Shown: positions 1 through 14,941 of the stretch, one piece after another | Numbering within the stretch: the first letter of the stretch is position 1 | Layout: every line of letters begins with the position of its first letter | NCBI GenBank assembly: GCA_963811515.1 | Contig: CAWERI010000008.1 | Location: 120,471 to 184,470 of the forward strand | Direction of reading: 5' to 3' | DNA length: 64,000 nt | Source of the DNA: an uncultured Actinomycetota bacterium | Lineage (GTDB): Bacteria > Actinomycetota > Actinomycetes > Propionibacteriales > Nocardioidaceae | Program-made: the position numbers and the translations under genes | Notes under the pieces: generated by a model | What the model saw: the letters and a program-made list of their open reading frames with translations, nothing else | Told to the model about the DNA's origin: nothing | Databases searched by the model: none

Positions 1-41
1 TGCAGCGGGCGAGGTCCCGGGGACGTAGAGGCCGAGCGGGC

Positions 42-734
42 TCACGCCATCAGCTTCCGGTAGAACGCGACCGCGGACGCGGGGGAGTCGTCGCAGACCA
101 CCCGTCCGCCGTCGAAGACCAGCACCCGGTCGAAGCCGTCGAGCAGGTCGAGGTGGTGCGTCACCAGCAGCACCTGCTGCGGCAGCTCGGCGACCACGCG
201 GCTGATCATCGTGGCGTTGCGCAGGTCGAGCAGCGTGGTCGGCTCGTCCATCACCAGCACGTCCGGCTCGGTGACCAGCACCGACGCCAGCGCCAGCAGC
301 TGCTTCTGGCCGCCGGAGAGCAGGTGGGCGGGGTGGTCGGCGTGCCCGGCCAGCCCGTACGACGCCAGCGCGGCGTCCACGCGCGCCCGGATCTCGGGCT
401 TGGACAGCCCCCGGCGGCGCAGCCCGAACGCGACGTCCTCGGCCACCGTCGGCATCACGATCTGCGCGTCCGGGTCGGTGAAGCAGAACCCGACCCGGCG
501 GCGCACCTCGCGGCCCTGCGTGCGGGTGTCGAGCCCGTCGACGCTGACCGTGCCCGCGCTCGGCAGCACCAGCCCGTTGACCATCCGGGCGAACGTCGAC
601 TTGCCGGAGCCGTTGGCCCCCACCACGCCGACGCGCGGCTCGGAGATCCGCAGGTCGACGTCGGCCAGCACCGTGCGGGCGCCGGCGTGCTCGCCGTACC
701 GGTGGGTGACGCCGCGCGCCTCGATCACCGGCAT
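42..734 (-). CDS. ABC/ECF-type transporter ATP-binding protein (EcfA/CbiO-like)
   Basis: Intact 230-aa frame starting MPVIEARGV. Walker A GANGSGKST, signature LSGGQKQ and Walker B LVMDEP are present. It lies downstream of bioY in the same orientation. Confidence 0.8.
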   Translation of the reverse strand: MPVIEARGVTHRYGEHAGARTVLADVDLRISEPRVGVVGANGSGKSTFARMVNGLVLPSAGTVSVDGLDTRTQGREVRRRVGFCFTDPDAQIVMPTVAEDVAFGLRRRGLSKPEIRARVDAALASYGLAGHADHPAHLLSGGQKQLLALASVLVTEPDVLVMDEPTTLLDLRNATMISRVVAELPQQVLLVTHHLDLLDGFDRVLVFDGGRVVCDDSPASAVAFYRKLMA

Positions 735-1822
735 CGCTCGACCACCATCGCCACGCCCTGGCCGCCACCGACCGCGATCGCCGCGAGCCCGTAGCGTCCG
801 CGGGAGGCCCGGACCAGCTGGGAGAAGAGCCGGACGACGAGCACCGCCCCGGACGCACCCCACGGGTGCCCGAGCGCGAGCGCCCCGCCCTCGACGCAGA
901 CCCGCGACGGGGTCGAGGGACAGCGCGTCGCAGCAGGCCAGCACCTGTCCGGCGAACGCCTCGTTGAGCTCGACCACGTCGAGGTCGCCGACCCGGAGGC
1001 CGGCGAGGTCCAGCGCCTGCTCGGCGGCGGGGACCAGGCCGAGGCCCGGGAGGTTCGGGTCGACGCCGGCGGTCGCGGTGGCCAGCACCCGCAGCCCGGG
1101 CACACCGAGCCGGCGGTGCGTGTCGGCGTCGACGACCGTGACCGCGGCCGCACCGTCGTTGACGCCGCACGAGCTGCCCGCGGTGACCGTGCCGCCCTCG
1201 GCCGCGGGGCGGAACGCGGGCCGCAGCCGGGCCAGCCGCTCGACGGTCAGGCCGGTCCGCGGCCGCTCGTCGCGCCGTACGTCGCCGACGGGCACCACCT
1301 CGGCGTCGAAGCCGCCGGCGTCCCGGGTGGCGGCGGCCAGGGCGTGCGAGCGGGCGGCGTACGCGTCCTGGCGCTCCCGCGACACCCCGGACTTCTCCGC
1401 GAGGACGTCCGCGGCGAACCCCATGTCCGGGTCGCCCAGCGGGGCGGGCGCGAACGCCGCGCGCTCCGGGCCGGGTCGAGGTGGAGGCGGACTCCACCCC
1501 GCCGGCCAGCACGACCCCGCCGCGAGGACCGCACCAGCGCGCAGGCCACGTCGACGGCCGCGAGGCCGGAGCCGCACTGCCGGTCCACCGTCAGCCCCGG
1601 TACGTCGACCGGGAGACCGGCGGCCAGCGAGGCGAACCGCGCGAGGTCCCCGCCGGGGCCCGTGCAGTTGCCGAGCACCACGTCGCGGACCGGCTCGTCG
1701 ACGACCGGCGGCCAGCGCCCGGAGCACCGGTGCCGCGAGGTCGGCCGCCGGCACGGAGGCGAACGCACCGCCGGCCGTGCCGATCGGGGTGCGCAGCGCC
1801 GCGACGATGACAGGGATCACGC
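725..1822 (-). CDS. Thiolase (acetyl-CoA C-acyltransferase), frameshifted in this sequence
   Basis: Thiolase segments are spread over three frames: VIPVIVAALRTPIGTAGG at the N-terminus, QCGSGLAAV near the active-site Cys, NEAFAGQVLAC in the middle, and GGALALGHPWGASGA at the C-terminus. At least three frame disruptions separate them. Confidence 0.6.
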
Positions 1823-1830
1823 GCTGAACG

Positions 1831-2790
1831 CTAGACCAGCCGGGTCGAGCGGTCGTCGGCGCCGGACACCAGTGAGACCAGGGCCTCCCGGTCGACCTTG
1901 CCGGCCGCGGTGAGGGGCAGGTCCGCGACGTGGAACCAGACCCGCGGCCGGTGCGCGCCCGTCGAGCGACCCGCCGGGCCTCGGCGAGCAGCGGGCCGTG
2001 GTCGGCGGGCGAGGTCAGGACGACCGCGAGGACGGCCCCGAGCTCCTCGTGCGGCAGCCCGACCACGACCACCTCGCCGGTCGCCGCGGCCCGCAGCACC
2101 GGCTCCACCGCGGACAGCGGCACCGTCGCGCCGCCGGTGGTCACCGTCGCCGGGCCGGCCCAGCACGACCAGGCGGCCGTCGACCAGCAGCCCGCGGTCC
2201 CCGACCGTGGCGAACCCGTCGGCGTCCCGGCGCAGCGGCCCGGGGGAGCCGGCGTACCCGTCGCAGACGAAGCGGCGACCGGACCCAGATCTCCCCGTCG
2301 CGGACCACGACCTCCACGCCGGGGAACGGCCGCAGGTCCTCGGCGTGCGCGCCCCAGGCGACGAAGGACAGCTCGGCGGCGCCGTAGTAGTGGTGCACGG
2401 TCGCGCCGGCGGCCACGGCCCGGTCGTGCAGCGCCGGGGGAGAGCCGGTCGCCGGCGACCACGACGGTCACGCCGGGCAGCGACGGTCCGGCGACGCCGG
2501 GCCAGGTCGCCGGGGGTGAGGTGGGCGTGCGTCGCGTCCGCGAGGTCGTCGACGAGCCGCGCCCCGGCGACCGTCGCGTGCACGGCCGCGAACAGGTTCA
2601 TCGTCGCGGCGAGCGGCCCCGGCACCCAGACGCGGGAGTCCGCGGTCAGCCCGGTCAGCCGGGAGACGGCGTCGAACGAGGAGACCCAGGAGTCCGTCGT
2701 ACGCACCACGGAGCGGGCCGAGCCGGAGGTCCCGGACGTGCCCAGGCAGACGGGTTCCCCCGCCGCGTGGGCGGCCAGGAAGTCCGCGAC
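1831..2790 (-). pseudogene. AMP-dependent synthetase/ligase (acyl-CoA synthetase) remnant, N-terminally truncated and frameshifted
   Basis: Motifs GTSGTSGSARS (P-loop), YGAAELSF, EIWVRSP and a C-terminal AAGKVDREAL are present across two or three frames. The conserved frame begins only about 25 codons before the P-loop motif and abuts the bioY stop. No start codon is found, and the roughly 150-aa N-terminal subdomain is missing. Confidence 0.5.
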
Positions 2791-2794
2791 CTCA

Positions 2795-3386
2795 GACAGG
2801 CGTGCGCTCCGCGTGCCGGCGGCGGGGAGCGCCGAGCAGGCCCGGGTAGGCCGCGTGCACGCCGCGCGCGACGAGGGCCGCGACCACGACCTTGACCAGG
2901 TCGCCGGGGAGGAAGATCCAGGTGGAGACGGCCGCGGCCTGCACCGAGATGCCGGCGACCAGGGCGATCCCGGCGATGCCCAGCGCGTAGAGCACGACGA
3001 CGCCGCCGAGCAGGTTGGCGACGATCCCCCAGGGCAGCCGGTACGTCGACCCGCCGCGCTCGGTCAGCCAGCCCACGACGTACGCCGCCACCGGCCAGCC
3101 CACGAGGAACCCCACCGACGGCGTCGCGAACACGCCTAGACCACCGCGGCCGCCGGCGAGCAGCGGCAGCCCGACCGCGACCAGCACCAGCAGCAGGACC
3201 AGCGACGAGGAAGCCGCGCCGCGCGCCGAGCACCGCGCCGGCCAGGATCACGCCGAGCGACTGCGCCGTGATCGGCACGGTGAAGCCCGGCGGGGTGAGC
3301 GCGGGGACGAGACCCAGGGCGGCGACGACGCCGGCGAAGGTCGCGACCAGCGCGAGGTCACGGGAGGTCGAGCGGGGAGCGGCCAC
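2795..3386 (-). CDS. bioY: Biotin transporter BioY (ECF S component), one frameshift
   Basis: GTG start at MAAPRSTSRDLALVATFAGVV. ITAQSLGVILAGAVLG continues in a second frame as PSVGFLVGWPVAAYVVGW ... AAVSTWIFLPGDLVKVV, giving about 197 aa as expected for BioY. Confidence 0.65.
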
Positions 3387-3400
3387 GGGCCGGAGTCTAC

Positions 3401-4327
3401 TCAGAGCGTGCGGGCCGAGAACGTGTCGCAGGCCTCGAGGGTGCCCTTGCTCAGGCCGGTGCTGAACCAGCGCATCCGGGACTCCGCCGAGCCGTGCGTC
3501 CAGGAGTCGGGGTCGACCCGGCCGGACGTCTTGCGCTGGATCCGGTCGTCACCGACCGCGGCCGCCGCGTCGAGCGCCCGGTTGATGTCGTCCTGGGTCA
3601 GGTCGAGGATGTACGGCTCGCCGCCGGCGTCGTCCGCGCTCGTGGCGTGCTTCGTCCAGATGCCGGCGTAGCAGTCGGCCTGCAGCTCGAGCCGCACCGC
3701 GTCGCTGTTGCGGCCCTGCTGGGTGCGGACCTTGCTCATCGTGCCGAGCAGGTCCTGGACGTGGTGGCCGTACTCGTGCGCGAGGACGTAGGCCTGGGAG
3801 AACGGGCCGCCCTTCGCACCGAGCTGGCCCTCGAGCATGTCCTTGAAGAACGTCGTGTCGAGGTAGACGTGCTTGTCGGTCGGGCAGTAGAACGGCCCCA
3901 CGTCGGCGGTCGCGTTGCCGCAGCCGGTGCCGATGCCGCCGCTGAAGATCGTCGTCGTCGCGTCGGTGTAGCGCGGGCCGCCCTGCTGCGGCAGCGCGTC
4001 GGCCCAGAACGCCTGGATCGAGTTCACGTCCGCGACCAGCGCGCAGTCCGGGTCCTGGTTGGCGTCCGTGCCGGTCCGGCACTGGTCGAGCGACGTGCTG
4101 CCGGTCGCGCCCTGGTCCGTGGACCCGGTCGAGCCCGAGCCGCCGCCGAGCTGGCTCTGGACCAGGAAGATGATGACCAGGACCACCAGGCCGCCGATCC
4201 CTCCGCCGACCTTGAGGCCGCCGCCGCCGCCGCCCATCGGGAAGCCGCCGCCCCCGCCGCCGCCGCTGCTGCCGCGGCGGTTGTCCACCTGGCTCCGGTC
4301 GAGCCGGGCCTTGGGGTTGTAGCGCAT
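3401..4327 (-). CDS. Neutral zinc metallopeptidase, YpfJ family (Zn_peptidase_2)
   Basis: Intact 308-aa frame from MRYNPKARLD with GGAAGG RBS upstream. It has a Gly-rich membrane-proximal N-terminus and an HEYGHH motif. Confidence 0.8.
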   Translation of the reverse strand: MRYNPKARLDRSQVDNRRGSSGGGGGGGFPMGGGGGGLKVGGGIGGLVVLVIIFLVQSQLGGGSGSTGSTDQGATGSTSLDQCRTGTDANQDPDCALVADVNSIQAFWADALPQQGGPRYTDATTTIFSGGIGTGCGNATADVGPFYCPTDKHVYLDTTFFKDMLEGQLGAKGGPFSQAYVLAHEYGHHVQDLLGTMSKVRTQQGRNSDAVRLELQADCYAGIWTKHATSADDAGGEPYILDLTQDDINRALDAAAAVGDDRIQRKTSGRVDPDSWTHGSAESRMRWFSTGLSKGTLEACDTFSARTL

Positions 4328-4457
4328 GCCACGTGCCTTCCGTTCGGTGGCGGCACTGTACCCGCGTAGACTGGACTCATGAGGTGCGCCACCGACTGAG
4401 TCCGGACGTCGCTCCATGTCCGTGTCCTGATCTACAGCTCGTCGAGGTTCGCTTCCC

Positions 4458-6056
<1,599 letters not shown>

Positions 6057-6066
6057 AGTGCGCCGC

Positions 6067-6871
6067 ATGGAGAGCAGCGGGTTCGACCCTGAGGTCCTGG
6101 AGCGCGGCGGTCTGACGTTCGAGGAGAACGGCCTGGTCGCCACGATCACGCTGAACCGGCCGGCGACGAAGAACTCCCAGACGCCCGCCACCTGGCACGC
6201 GCTGCGGATCATCGGCTCGTCGCTCTCGCCCGGCGTCCGGGTGGTCGTCGTGCAGGGCGCGGGCGACTCGTTCTCCTCGGGCCTGGACCGCCGGATGCTC
6301 AGCCCCGACGGGCTGGACGGCGAGACCTCGGTGCTGCAGATGCTGGACATGCCCGACGGCGAGATGGCCGAGAGCATCGCCACCTGGCAGGAGGGCTTCA
6401 CCTGGCTGCGCCGGCCCGACATCATCAGCATCGCCGCCGTCCGGGGCTCGGCGGTCGGCGCCGGCTTCCAGCTGGCGCTGGCCTGCGACCTGCGGGTGGT
6501 CACCGAGGACGCCCGGTTCTCGATGCGCGAGCCGATCCTCGGCCTGGTCCCGGACCTGACGGGAACAAAACCCCTCGTCGACCTTGTTGGCTACTCGCGA
6601 GCCCTGGAGATCTGTGCCACCACCCGGTGGGTCACCGCGGACGAGGCGCGCGACATCGGGCTGGCGACGGCCGTCGTGCCCTCCGAGGAGCTCGACGGTG
6701 CGGTCGGCCGACCTGGCCGCCGCTTTGACTGCCCCGATCTACGGAGCGGTCACGGAGACCAAGGCTCTGCTGCAGAGCGCGTCGCGCCTCGACCTCGAGG
6801 AGCAACGGCTGGCCGAGCGCGAAGCACAGGTACGCCGCTTCCGCGAGCTCGCGTCGCTGATGGGCGAATGA
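6067..6871 (+). CDS. Enoyl-CoA hydratase/isomerase (crotonase family), one frameshift
   Basis: ITLNRPATKN, VVVVQGAGDSFSSGLD and AAVRGSAVGAGFQLALACDLRV are present. The C-terminal AAALTAPIYGAVTETKALL lies in another frame, with an apparent +1 insertion near 6710. Confidence 0.7.
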
Positions 6872-6908
6872 ACCGACCGCACGAGCGGACGGAGAGGGAG
6901 GTGGGCAG

Positions 6909-8781
<1,873 letters not shown>

Positions 8782-8804
8782 CCGTTCCTGGCTAGGGTGT
8801 CGGC

Positions 8805-9566
8805 ATGGATCTCGGTCTGCAGGGACAGGTGTACGTCGTCACGGGCGGGTCGGGCGGCCTCGGCCTGGCCACCGCCACGGCGCTGGTGGCCGACGGCGCG
8901 CGGGTGGTGCTCTCGGGACGGCACGCCGAGAGCGTCGAGCGGGCGGTCGACGAGCTCGGCGCGACGCACGCGACCGGGCTGGTGGCCGACAACGCCGACC
9001 CCGGCACGCCCCGGGCGCTGGTGGAGGCGGCCCGGTCGACGTACGGGCGGCTCGACGGGGCCCTGGTCTCCGTCGGCGGTCCCGCGGCCGGGACGATCAT
9101 GGACACCCCCGACGAGGACTGGGCCGCGGCGATCGAGTCGGTGTTCCTCGGCGGGCTGCGGCTGGGCCGCGAGATCGGCCGCGAGCTCGGAGCCGGGCGG
9201 CTCGATCGCCTACGTGCTGTCCTCCTCGGTGAAGTCGCCGATCGCCGGGCTGGCCATCTCCAACGGCCTCCGCCCCGGCCTGGCGATGATCGCCAAGACC
9301 CTCGCCGACGAGCTCGGGCCCGCGCGGGATCCGGGTGAACGGCCTGCTGCCGGGGCGCGTCGAGACCGACCGGGTGCGCTGGCTCGACGAGCAGAGCGGG
9401 GACGCGGACGGCCGCCAAGGAGCAGGCGTCCCAGGGCATCGCGCTGCGCCGCTACGGCCGCCCCGAGGAGTTCGGCCGGGCCGCGGCGTTCCTGCTCTCG
9501 CCGGCCGCGGGCTTCGTCACCGGCGTGATGCTGCCGGTCGACGGCGGCATGCTGCGCGCCTCTAGG
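8805..9566 (+). CDS. Short-chain dehydrogenase/reductase (SDR), multiple frameshifts
   Basis: [14 protein letters not shown] Rossmann motif, [34 protein letters not shown] and a C-terminal [14 protein letters not shown] are spread over three to four frames. Confidence 0.6.
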
Positions 9567-10322
9567 ACCCGCTCGAGACCTTCTCGCGCTCGCGCGCCGG
9601 CGGCGGGTTCCGCAGCTTCTTGCGCTCGTCGTAGGCGAGGTAGAAGAAGCCGAACACCGCGAGCACCCCGAAGAACCACCACTGCAGCCCGTAGAAGAAG
9701 TGCGGGCCGTTGCCCAGGTCGGGCAGCTCCGCGTGCACCAGCGGCTCGGCGGGCTTCGGCGACTCGGTCTCGACGTCCACGAAGCCGCCGTACACCGGCA
9801 CGTCGAGCTCCGGCGCGATCTCCGCGCTCGAGATCGGCCCGGGCGGACATGTCCGTCCACGCGTCGCCGCGCTCCCGGTCGCGTCGGCGCGGACGTAGCC
9901 CACGACCGTGACGGTGCCGGCCGGCGGCGCCGGGGGAGTGACGGCTCTCGGCGCCCGAGTTGCCGGTCTGCATCCAGCCGCGGTCGACCAGCAGGGCGGT
10001 GCCGTCGGCGGTGACCAGCGGCGTCACCACGTCGACGCCGGAGGCGCCGTCGCGGGTCTGGTAGCGCACGATCACCGAGGACTTCGGGTCGTAGGTGCCG
10101 GTCGCGGTGACCCGGCGCCACTCGTCGCGGGCCGCGGACGGCCGGCCCGACCCGCAGCACGTCGCCGACGGGCGCCGGCTCGGCCTTGAGGTTGGCCCGG
10201 GTCTGGGTGTTGGTGACCTCGCGGTCGTGCAGCCGGTGGAACTGCCACTGGCCCAGCAGGTAGCAGCCGTAGGCCAGCACCACGACCACGACGGCGAACA
10301 GCGCCCAGCGCCGGCTGACCAT
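9562..10322 (-). CDS. SURF1 family protein, frameshifted
   Basis: [46 protein letters not shown] and [26 protein letters not shown] are found in three frames. Confidence 0.65.
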
Positions 10323-10428
10323 GAACCTCACGGGTCCGACAGTAGCCCGGCAGCTGCCGGCGCACGGGGCCACGGATGTGACCTGGGGCACGCAGGCGCG
10401 CCCGACCGTCACCTCGTAGACTGGGCGC

Positions 10429-11429
10429 ATGACTTCTGCAGCGCTTGCCGACGGCTTCGGCCGGGTCGCGACCGACCTGCGGGTGTCGCTCACCGACCGC
10501 TGCAACCTGCGGTGCTCCTACTGCATGCCGGCCGAGGGCCTGGACTGGCTGCCCAACGACGACGTGCTCACCGACGACGAGGTCGTCCGGCTGATCACGA
10601 TCGCGGTGGAGCGGCTCGGCGTGCGCGAGGTGCGGTTCACCGGCGGCGAGCCGCTGCTGCGTCGCGGCCTGCCCGACATCGTCCGTCGTACGGCGGCGCT
10701 GCGCCCGCGTCCGGAGACCTCGATCACCACCAACGCGCTGGGCCTGACCCGCACCGCCCAGGCGCTCGCGGAGGCCGGCCTCGACCGGGTCAACGTCAGC
10801 CTGGACACGGTCCGCGCGGAGGACTTCAAGACCATCACCCGCCGCGACCGCTTCGCCGACGTCGTCGCGGGGCTGGCCGCGGCCGCCGAGGCCGGGCTGG
10901 GACCGGTCAAGGTCAACGCGGTGCTGCTGCGCGGCATCAACGACGACCAGGCCCCCGAGCTGCTGCAGTGGTGCATGGACCGCGGACTACGAGCTGCGCT
11001 TCATCGAGCAGATGCCGCTCGACGCCCAGCACGGCTGGAGCCGCGAGGCGATGGTCACCGCCGACGAGATCTTCGCCTCGCTGGGCACCGCGTTCGTGCC
11101 TGGAGCCCGCCGAGGAGCCGCGGGGGAGCGCGCCCGCCGAGCTGTTCACCGTCGACGGCGGCCCGCACACCGTCGGGGTGATCGCGTCGGTGACCCGGCC
11201 GTTCTGCGGCGACTGCGACCGGGTGCGGCTGACCGCCGACGGCCAGGTCCGCAACTGCCTGTTCGCCCGCGAGGAGAGCGACCTGCGCGGCGCGCTGCGC
11301 GGCGGTGCCGACGACGCGGAGATCGCCCGCCGCTGGCAGGCCGCCATGCTGACCAAGCGACCCGGCCACGGCATCGACGACGTCACGTTCCTGCAGCCCA
11401 GCCGCCCGATGTCGGCCATCGGCGGCTGA
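10429..11429 (+). CDS. moaA: GTP 3',8-cyclase MoaA (radical SAM), frameshifted
   Basis: [16 protein letters not shown] (CxxxCxxC), FTGGEPLLR, and a C-terminal Cys cluster [21 protein letters not shown] are present. There are two frame breaks near 10980 and 11100. Confidence 0.8.
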
Positions 11430-11485
11430 GCGCCGGCGTGCCGGTGTTCACACGGCCCGGCACGCGACCGGATCAGAATGACCCC

Positions 11486-12049
11486 ATGCGACTGTTTGCT
11501 GCGATCGTGCCGCCGCGCCCCGTCCTCGACGAGGTCCGGGCCGTGGTCGACTCGGTCCGTCCGACGGCCGCGGAGCCGGCCCCGAAGCGGGGCCTGTTCT
11601 CCCGGCTCGGCGGTCGCGGGGCGCGTCGTCGAGGAGCAGACCAACGACGAGCTGACGCAGCCGCCGGTCGACCTGATGTACCTCCCGCTGACCGGCTTCG
11701 GCAACGTCACCCTGGGCGACTCGGTCCACCTGGCCAAGGCGCTGCGCACCGAGGCCCTCACCTGGGCCCCGCCCACCCTGCACATCGCCGGCGGCACCGC
11801 GCTGGAGTTCAAGGGCGACGAGTCGGTGTGGGCGAAGCTCGACGGCGACATCGACGCGCTGAACACCATCGGCCGCGGGGTCCCGCAGATCGTGCAGCGG
11901 CTCGGCTTCTTCGTGGACCGCCGCCAGTTCCGCCCGTGGCTCGAGGTCGGCACGATCACCGACGCCACCACGGCGCCGTACCTGCAGGCCGTCGTGGACG
12001 CGCTGGAGGCCTTCCACGGCCGGTCCTGGAGATCGAGCGATCTCGCTGA
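11486..12049 (+). CDS. 2H phosphoesterase / 2'-5' RNA ligase (LigT/ThpR-like), one frameshift
   Basis: MRLFAAIVPP N-terminus and two H-x-T/S-like segments (PLTGFGNVTL, PTLHIAGGTA). The 3' end is uncertain, between 12049 and 12123. Confidence 0.5.
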   Translation: MRLFAAIVPPRPVLDEVRAVVDSVRPTAAEPAPKRGLFSRLGGRGARRRGADQRRADAAAGRPDVPPADRLRQRHPGRLGPPGQGAAHRGPHLGPAHPAHRRRHRAGVQGRRVGVGEARRRHRRAEHHRPRGPADRAAARLLRGPPPVPPVARGRHDHRRHHGAVPAGRRGRAGGLPRPVLEIERSR

Positions 12050-12119
12050 TGAAGCGCCTGCCCGACGCAGGGGCCGGACGCCTTCGAGGAGATGGAGCGG
12101 ATGCCGCTCGCTCCCGCCG

Positions 12120-14487
12120 CTAGACCGACGGGGCGACGCCGGGCCGGGTCGCGCTGGGGGTCGGCCGGCAGCGCGCGGTTCTCCGCGATCACCTTGACCA
12201 GCTGGTCGAGCGGCATCGGCCGGTGCATCAGGTAGCCCTGGGCGAACGGCGCGTGCACGTGGTCGCGCAGGTGGTCGAGCTGGCTGGCCCGCTCGATGCC
12301 CTCGACGACCACGTCGAGGCCCAGCGCCTGGCCCATCATCGTGATCGAGCACAGCAGCGCGCACGAGCGCTCGTCGCGGTCGATGCTCTCCGAGAACGAC
12401 AGGTCGGTCTTGATGATCTGCACCGGCATGTCCTGCAGGTAGCCGATCGAGGAGAAGCCGACCCCGAAGTCGTCGATGGCGAACGGCACGCCGCGGTCGG
12501 CCAGCGTGGTCATCGCGCTCATCGAGGCCGGGTCGTTCCCGATGCCGTCGCGCTCGGTGATCTCCAGGACCAGGTCGGCGCCGTCCATCTTGGCCATCGC
12601 GCGCTCGACCTTGGCGACGAAGTCCGGCTCGCGCAGCTGCTTGGCGGAGATGTTCACGCTCACGTTGAAGTCGCCGCCGGCGGCCTGCAGCGATCACCGC
12701 GGCGTCGCGGGCGGCCTGCTCGAGCACGACGTCGCCGAGCGCGACCACCAGGCCGGTCTCCTCCGCGACCCGGATGAACACGTCCGGGGGTACGTCGACG
12801 CCGTTGGACTTCCAGCGCGCCAGCGCCTCGACGCCGGTGATGTAGCCGGTGGAGGCGCGGACGACGGGCTGGTAGACGAGGGTGAGGTCGCCGGCCGCCA
12901 CGGAGGCGCGCAGCGACTCCACGAGCTCGAGGCGCTGGAGGCGCGAGCGGCCGATCGCGCGTTCGTACTCGACCCACTGGTTCTTGCCGCGCGACTTGGC
13001 CTCGTACATCGCCAGGTCGGCGTTGCGCAGCATGCTCTCGGCGGTCTCGCTGCTGTCGCCGAACGCCACGCCGATGCTGGCGGAGAGCGCGAGCTGGTGG
13101 CCGGCGACGTGCGCGCCGCGGGAGAGCGCGGCGAGGATCCGGTCGCAGGCGGTGCTGACCTCGGGCGGGTGCACGTCCTCGAGCAGCAGCGCGAACTCGT
13201 CGCCGCCGAGCCGGGCCACGGTGTCGCTCTGCCGCACGCAGCTCGGTGAGCCGCTGGGCCACGTCGATGAGCACCGCGTCGCCGGCGGCGTGGCCGAAGC
13301 GGTCGTTGACCGGCTTGAAGCCGTCGAGGTCGACGAAGAGCAGCGCGATCCGGTTGCCGCGCCGCCGCGACATCTGCAGCGCGTGCTCGACCCGGTCGAG
13401 CAGCAGGCCGCGGTTGGGCAGGTTGGTGAGCAGGTCGTGGCGGGCGAGGTGGGTCATGTCCTCGGTCAGCCGGAGCCGGGCGAAGGCGTCGGAGGAGACC
13501 GCGACCATCGCCTCGAGGGCCTGCTGGTCGGCGGTGGTCGTCGACCGGGCCCGGTGCTGGCCGGGCGCCACGATCCAGCGGTCCCGCTGGCCGTCGCGCA
13601 GCTGGGCGCCGACCTCGTGGGCGCCGGGCGGCGTGGACCGGACCTCCACCTGCTTGATCCGCAGCAGCCGGCGGGCGTCGTCGATGAGCGCGTCGACGAC
13701 CTGGCGGGTGTCGGAGAGCGTCTGGGCCCGGACGGCCGCGTCGAAGAGCACGCTGAGCCGGCGGGCGTTCTCGCTGCCGCGGTTGACCGCGCGGGTGGCG
13801 ACGAGCAGGGTCGCCAGCGGGACGGCGAGCAGCAGGAGGGTGTACCACTCCAGGCTCGCGAGCGACCACGGCGCCGAGGTAGCCCAGGGAGTCGAAGGGC
13901 ACGAAGCAGGCGATCGCGAAGAGCGTGCCGCGCTGCACCAGGTGACCCGCGGACCGGGGTGTCGGTCTCGATGGCGACCGAGACCGCGGAGAGCAGGAAG
14001 TCGGTGGCGAAGTAGCAGCGCCGCCGCCAGGGCCACGGCGAGCAGCTCGCGGAAGCGTGCCCTCGCCGTCGGGCCGCGGACCTGGGCGACGACCGCCGCG
14101 GCGACCGCCGCCGCCGAGGATCCCGACGCCGATGTTGAACAGCTTGACGGCCGGCCGCTTGTCGGTGGTGATCTGGGTGACCAGCACGCCCAGCGACCAG
14201 ATCAGCAGGGCCTCGTAGGGGCTGTCCAGCGTGCAGAGCAGGAACATCAGGATGCTGGAGTCGAAGCCGACCTCGATGCCGCCCTCGCCGCTGTCCAGGA
14301 CCATCGGGAACTTCGCGATGATCACGATCAGCGGGACGCAGACAGGGCCAGCCCGTCCATCTGGACGCCGTCCTGCGAACAGCCGGACCGTCGACCAGAC
14401 GACCACGCAGCAGCCCCGACGAGCGAAGACGCCGAGGTCGAACCAGCGGCTGCGCGACGAGATCAGCGCAGCGAGCGGTCGAGCCAT
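12120..14487 (-). CDS. Membrane sensor - GGDEF - EAL c-di-GMP signalling protein, several frameshifts
   Basis: N-terminal polytopic membrane region (FPMVLDSGEGGIEVGFDSSILMFLLC). GGDEF domain with RHDLLTNLPNRGLL, LLFVDLDGFKPVND and RLGGDEFALLLE. EAL domain with LVYQPVV, FAIDDFGVGFSS and EGIERASQ. There is a GGAGGA RBS at the 14487 start. Confidence 0.7.
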
Positions 14488-14556
14488 GAGTCCTCCGGTT
14501 CCTGGTGGGCGAGCACCAGTATCCGGCAAGGACGCGACCCGTTTGGTGGTTTTCGG

Positions 14557-14770
14557 TCAGCCCGGCGTCGACGGGTCCCGGAGCGGGTCCAGCGGCTCGA
14601 CGTCGCGGAGGAACCCGCGGGCGCCGAGGAAGTCGCCGAGCGTGGCCCGGTGCTCGTCGCAGGCGAGCCAGGACTTGCGGCGGTCGGGGGTGTGCAGCTT
14701 GGGGTTGTTCCAGAGCAGCGACCAGACCGCGGGCGCCTGGCACCCCTTGGCGGAGCAGGTGGGCGGACAT
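14557..14770 (-). CDS. Small Cys/His-rich hypothetical protein (possible zinc-binding), frame uncertain
   Basis: Conserved-looking C-terminal region CSAKGCQAPAVWSLLWNNPKLHTPDRRKSWLACDEHRATLGDFLGARGF. The ATG at 14770 is in an adjacent frame, so a frameshift is likely. Confidence 0.3.
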
Positions 14771-14941
14771 GGGCCCCACGCTAGCGGGCACCGACGGCCG
14801 GCCACCCGGACATGAGGCGACGCCGGACGACCACGGGGGAAGTCGTCCGGCGCCACGTAGAGCAGCGAACTCAGACGGGGGAGACTGAGCTCGCTGCGAG
14901 CAGAATTCTTGCACGCACCACACGGCAAATCCAACAAGGTG

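Noticed and set aside
42-2471. 809-aa ORF on the minus strand
   Set aside because: It is a fusion of the intact ABC ATPase, thiolase fragments and ligase fragments in one frame. They are not a single protein.
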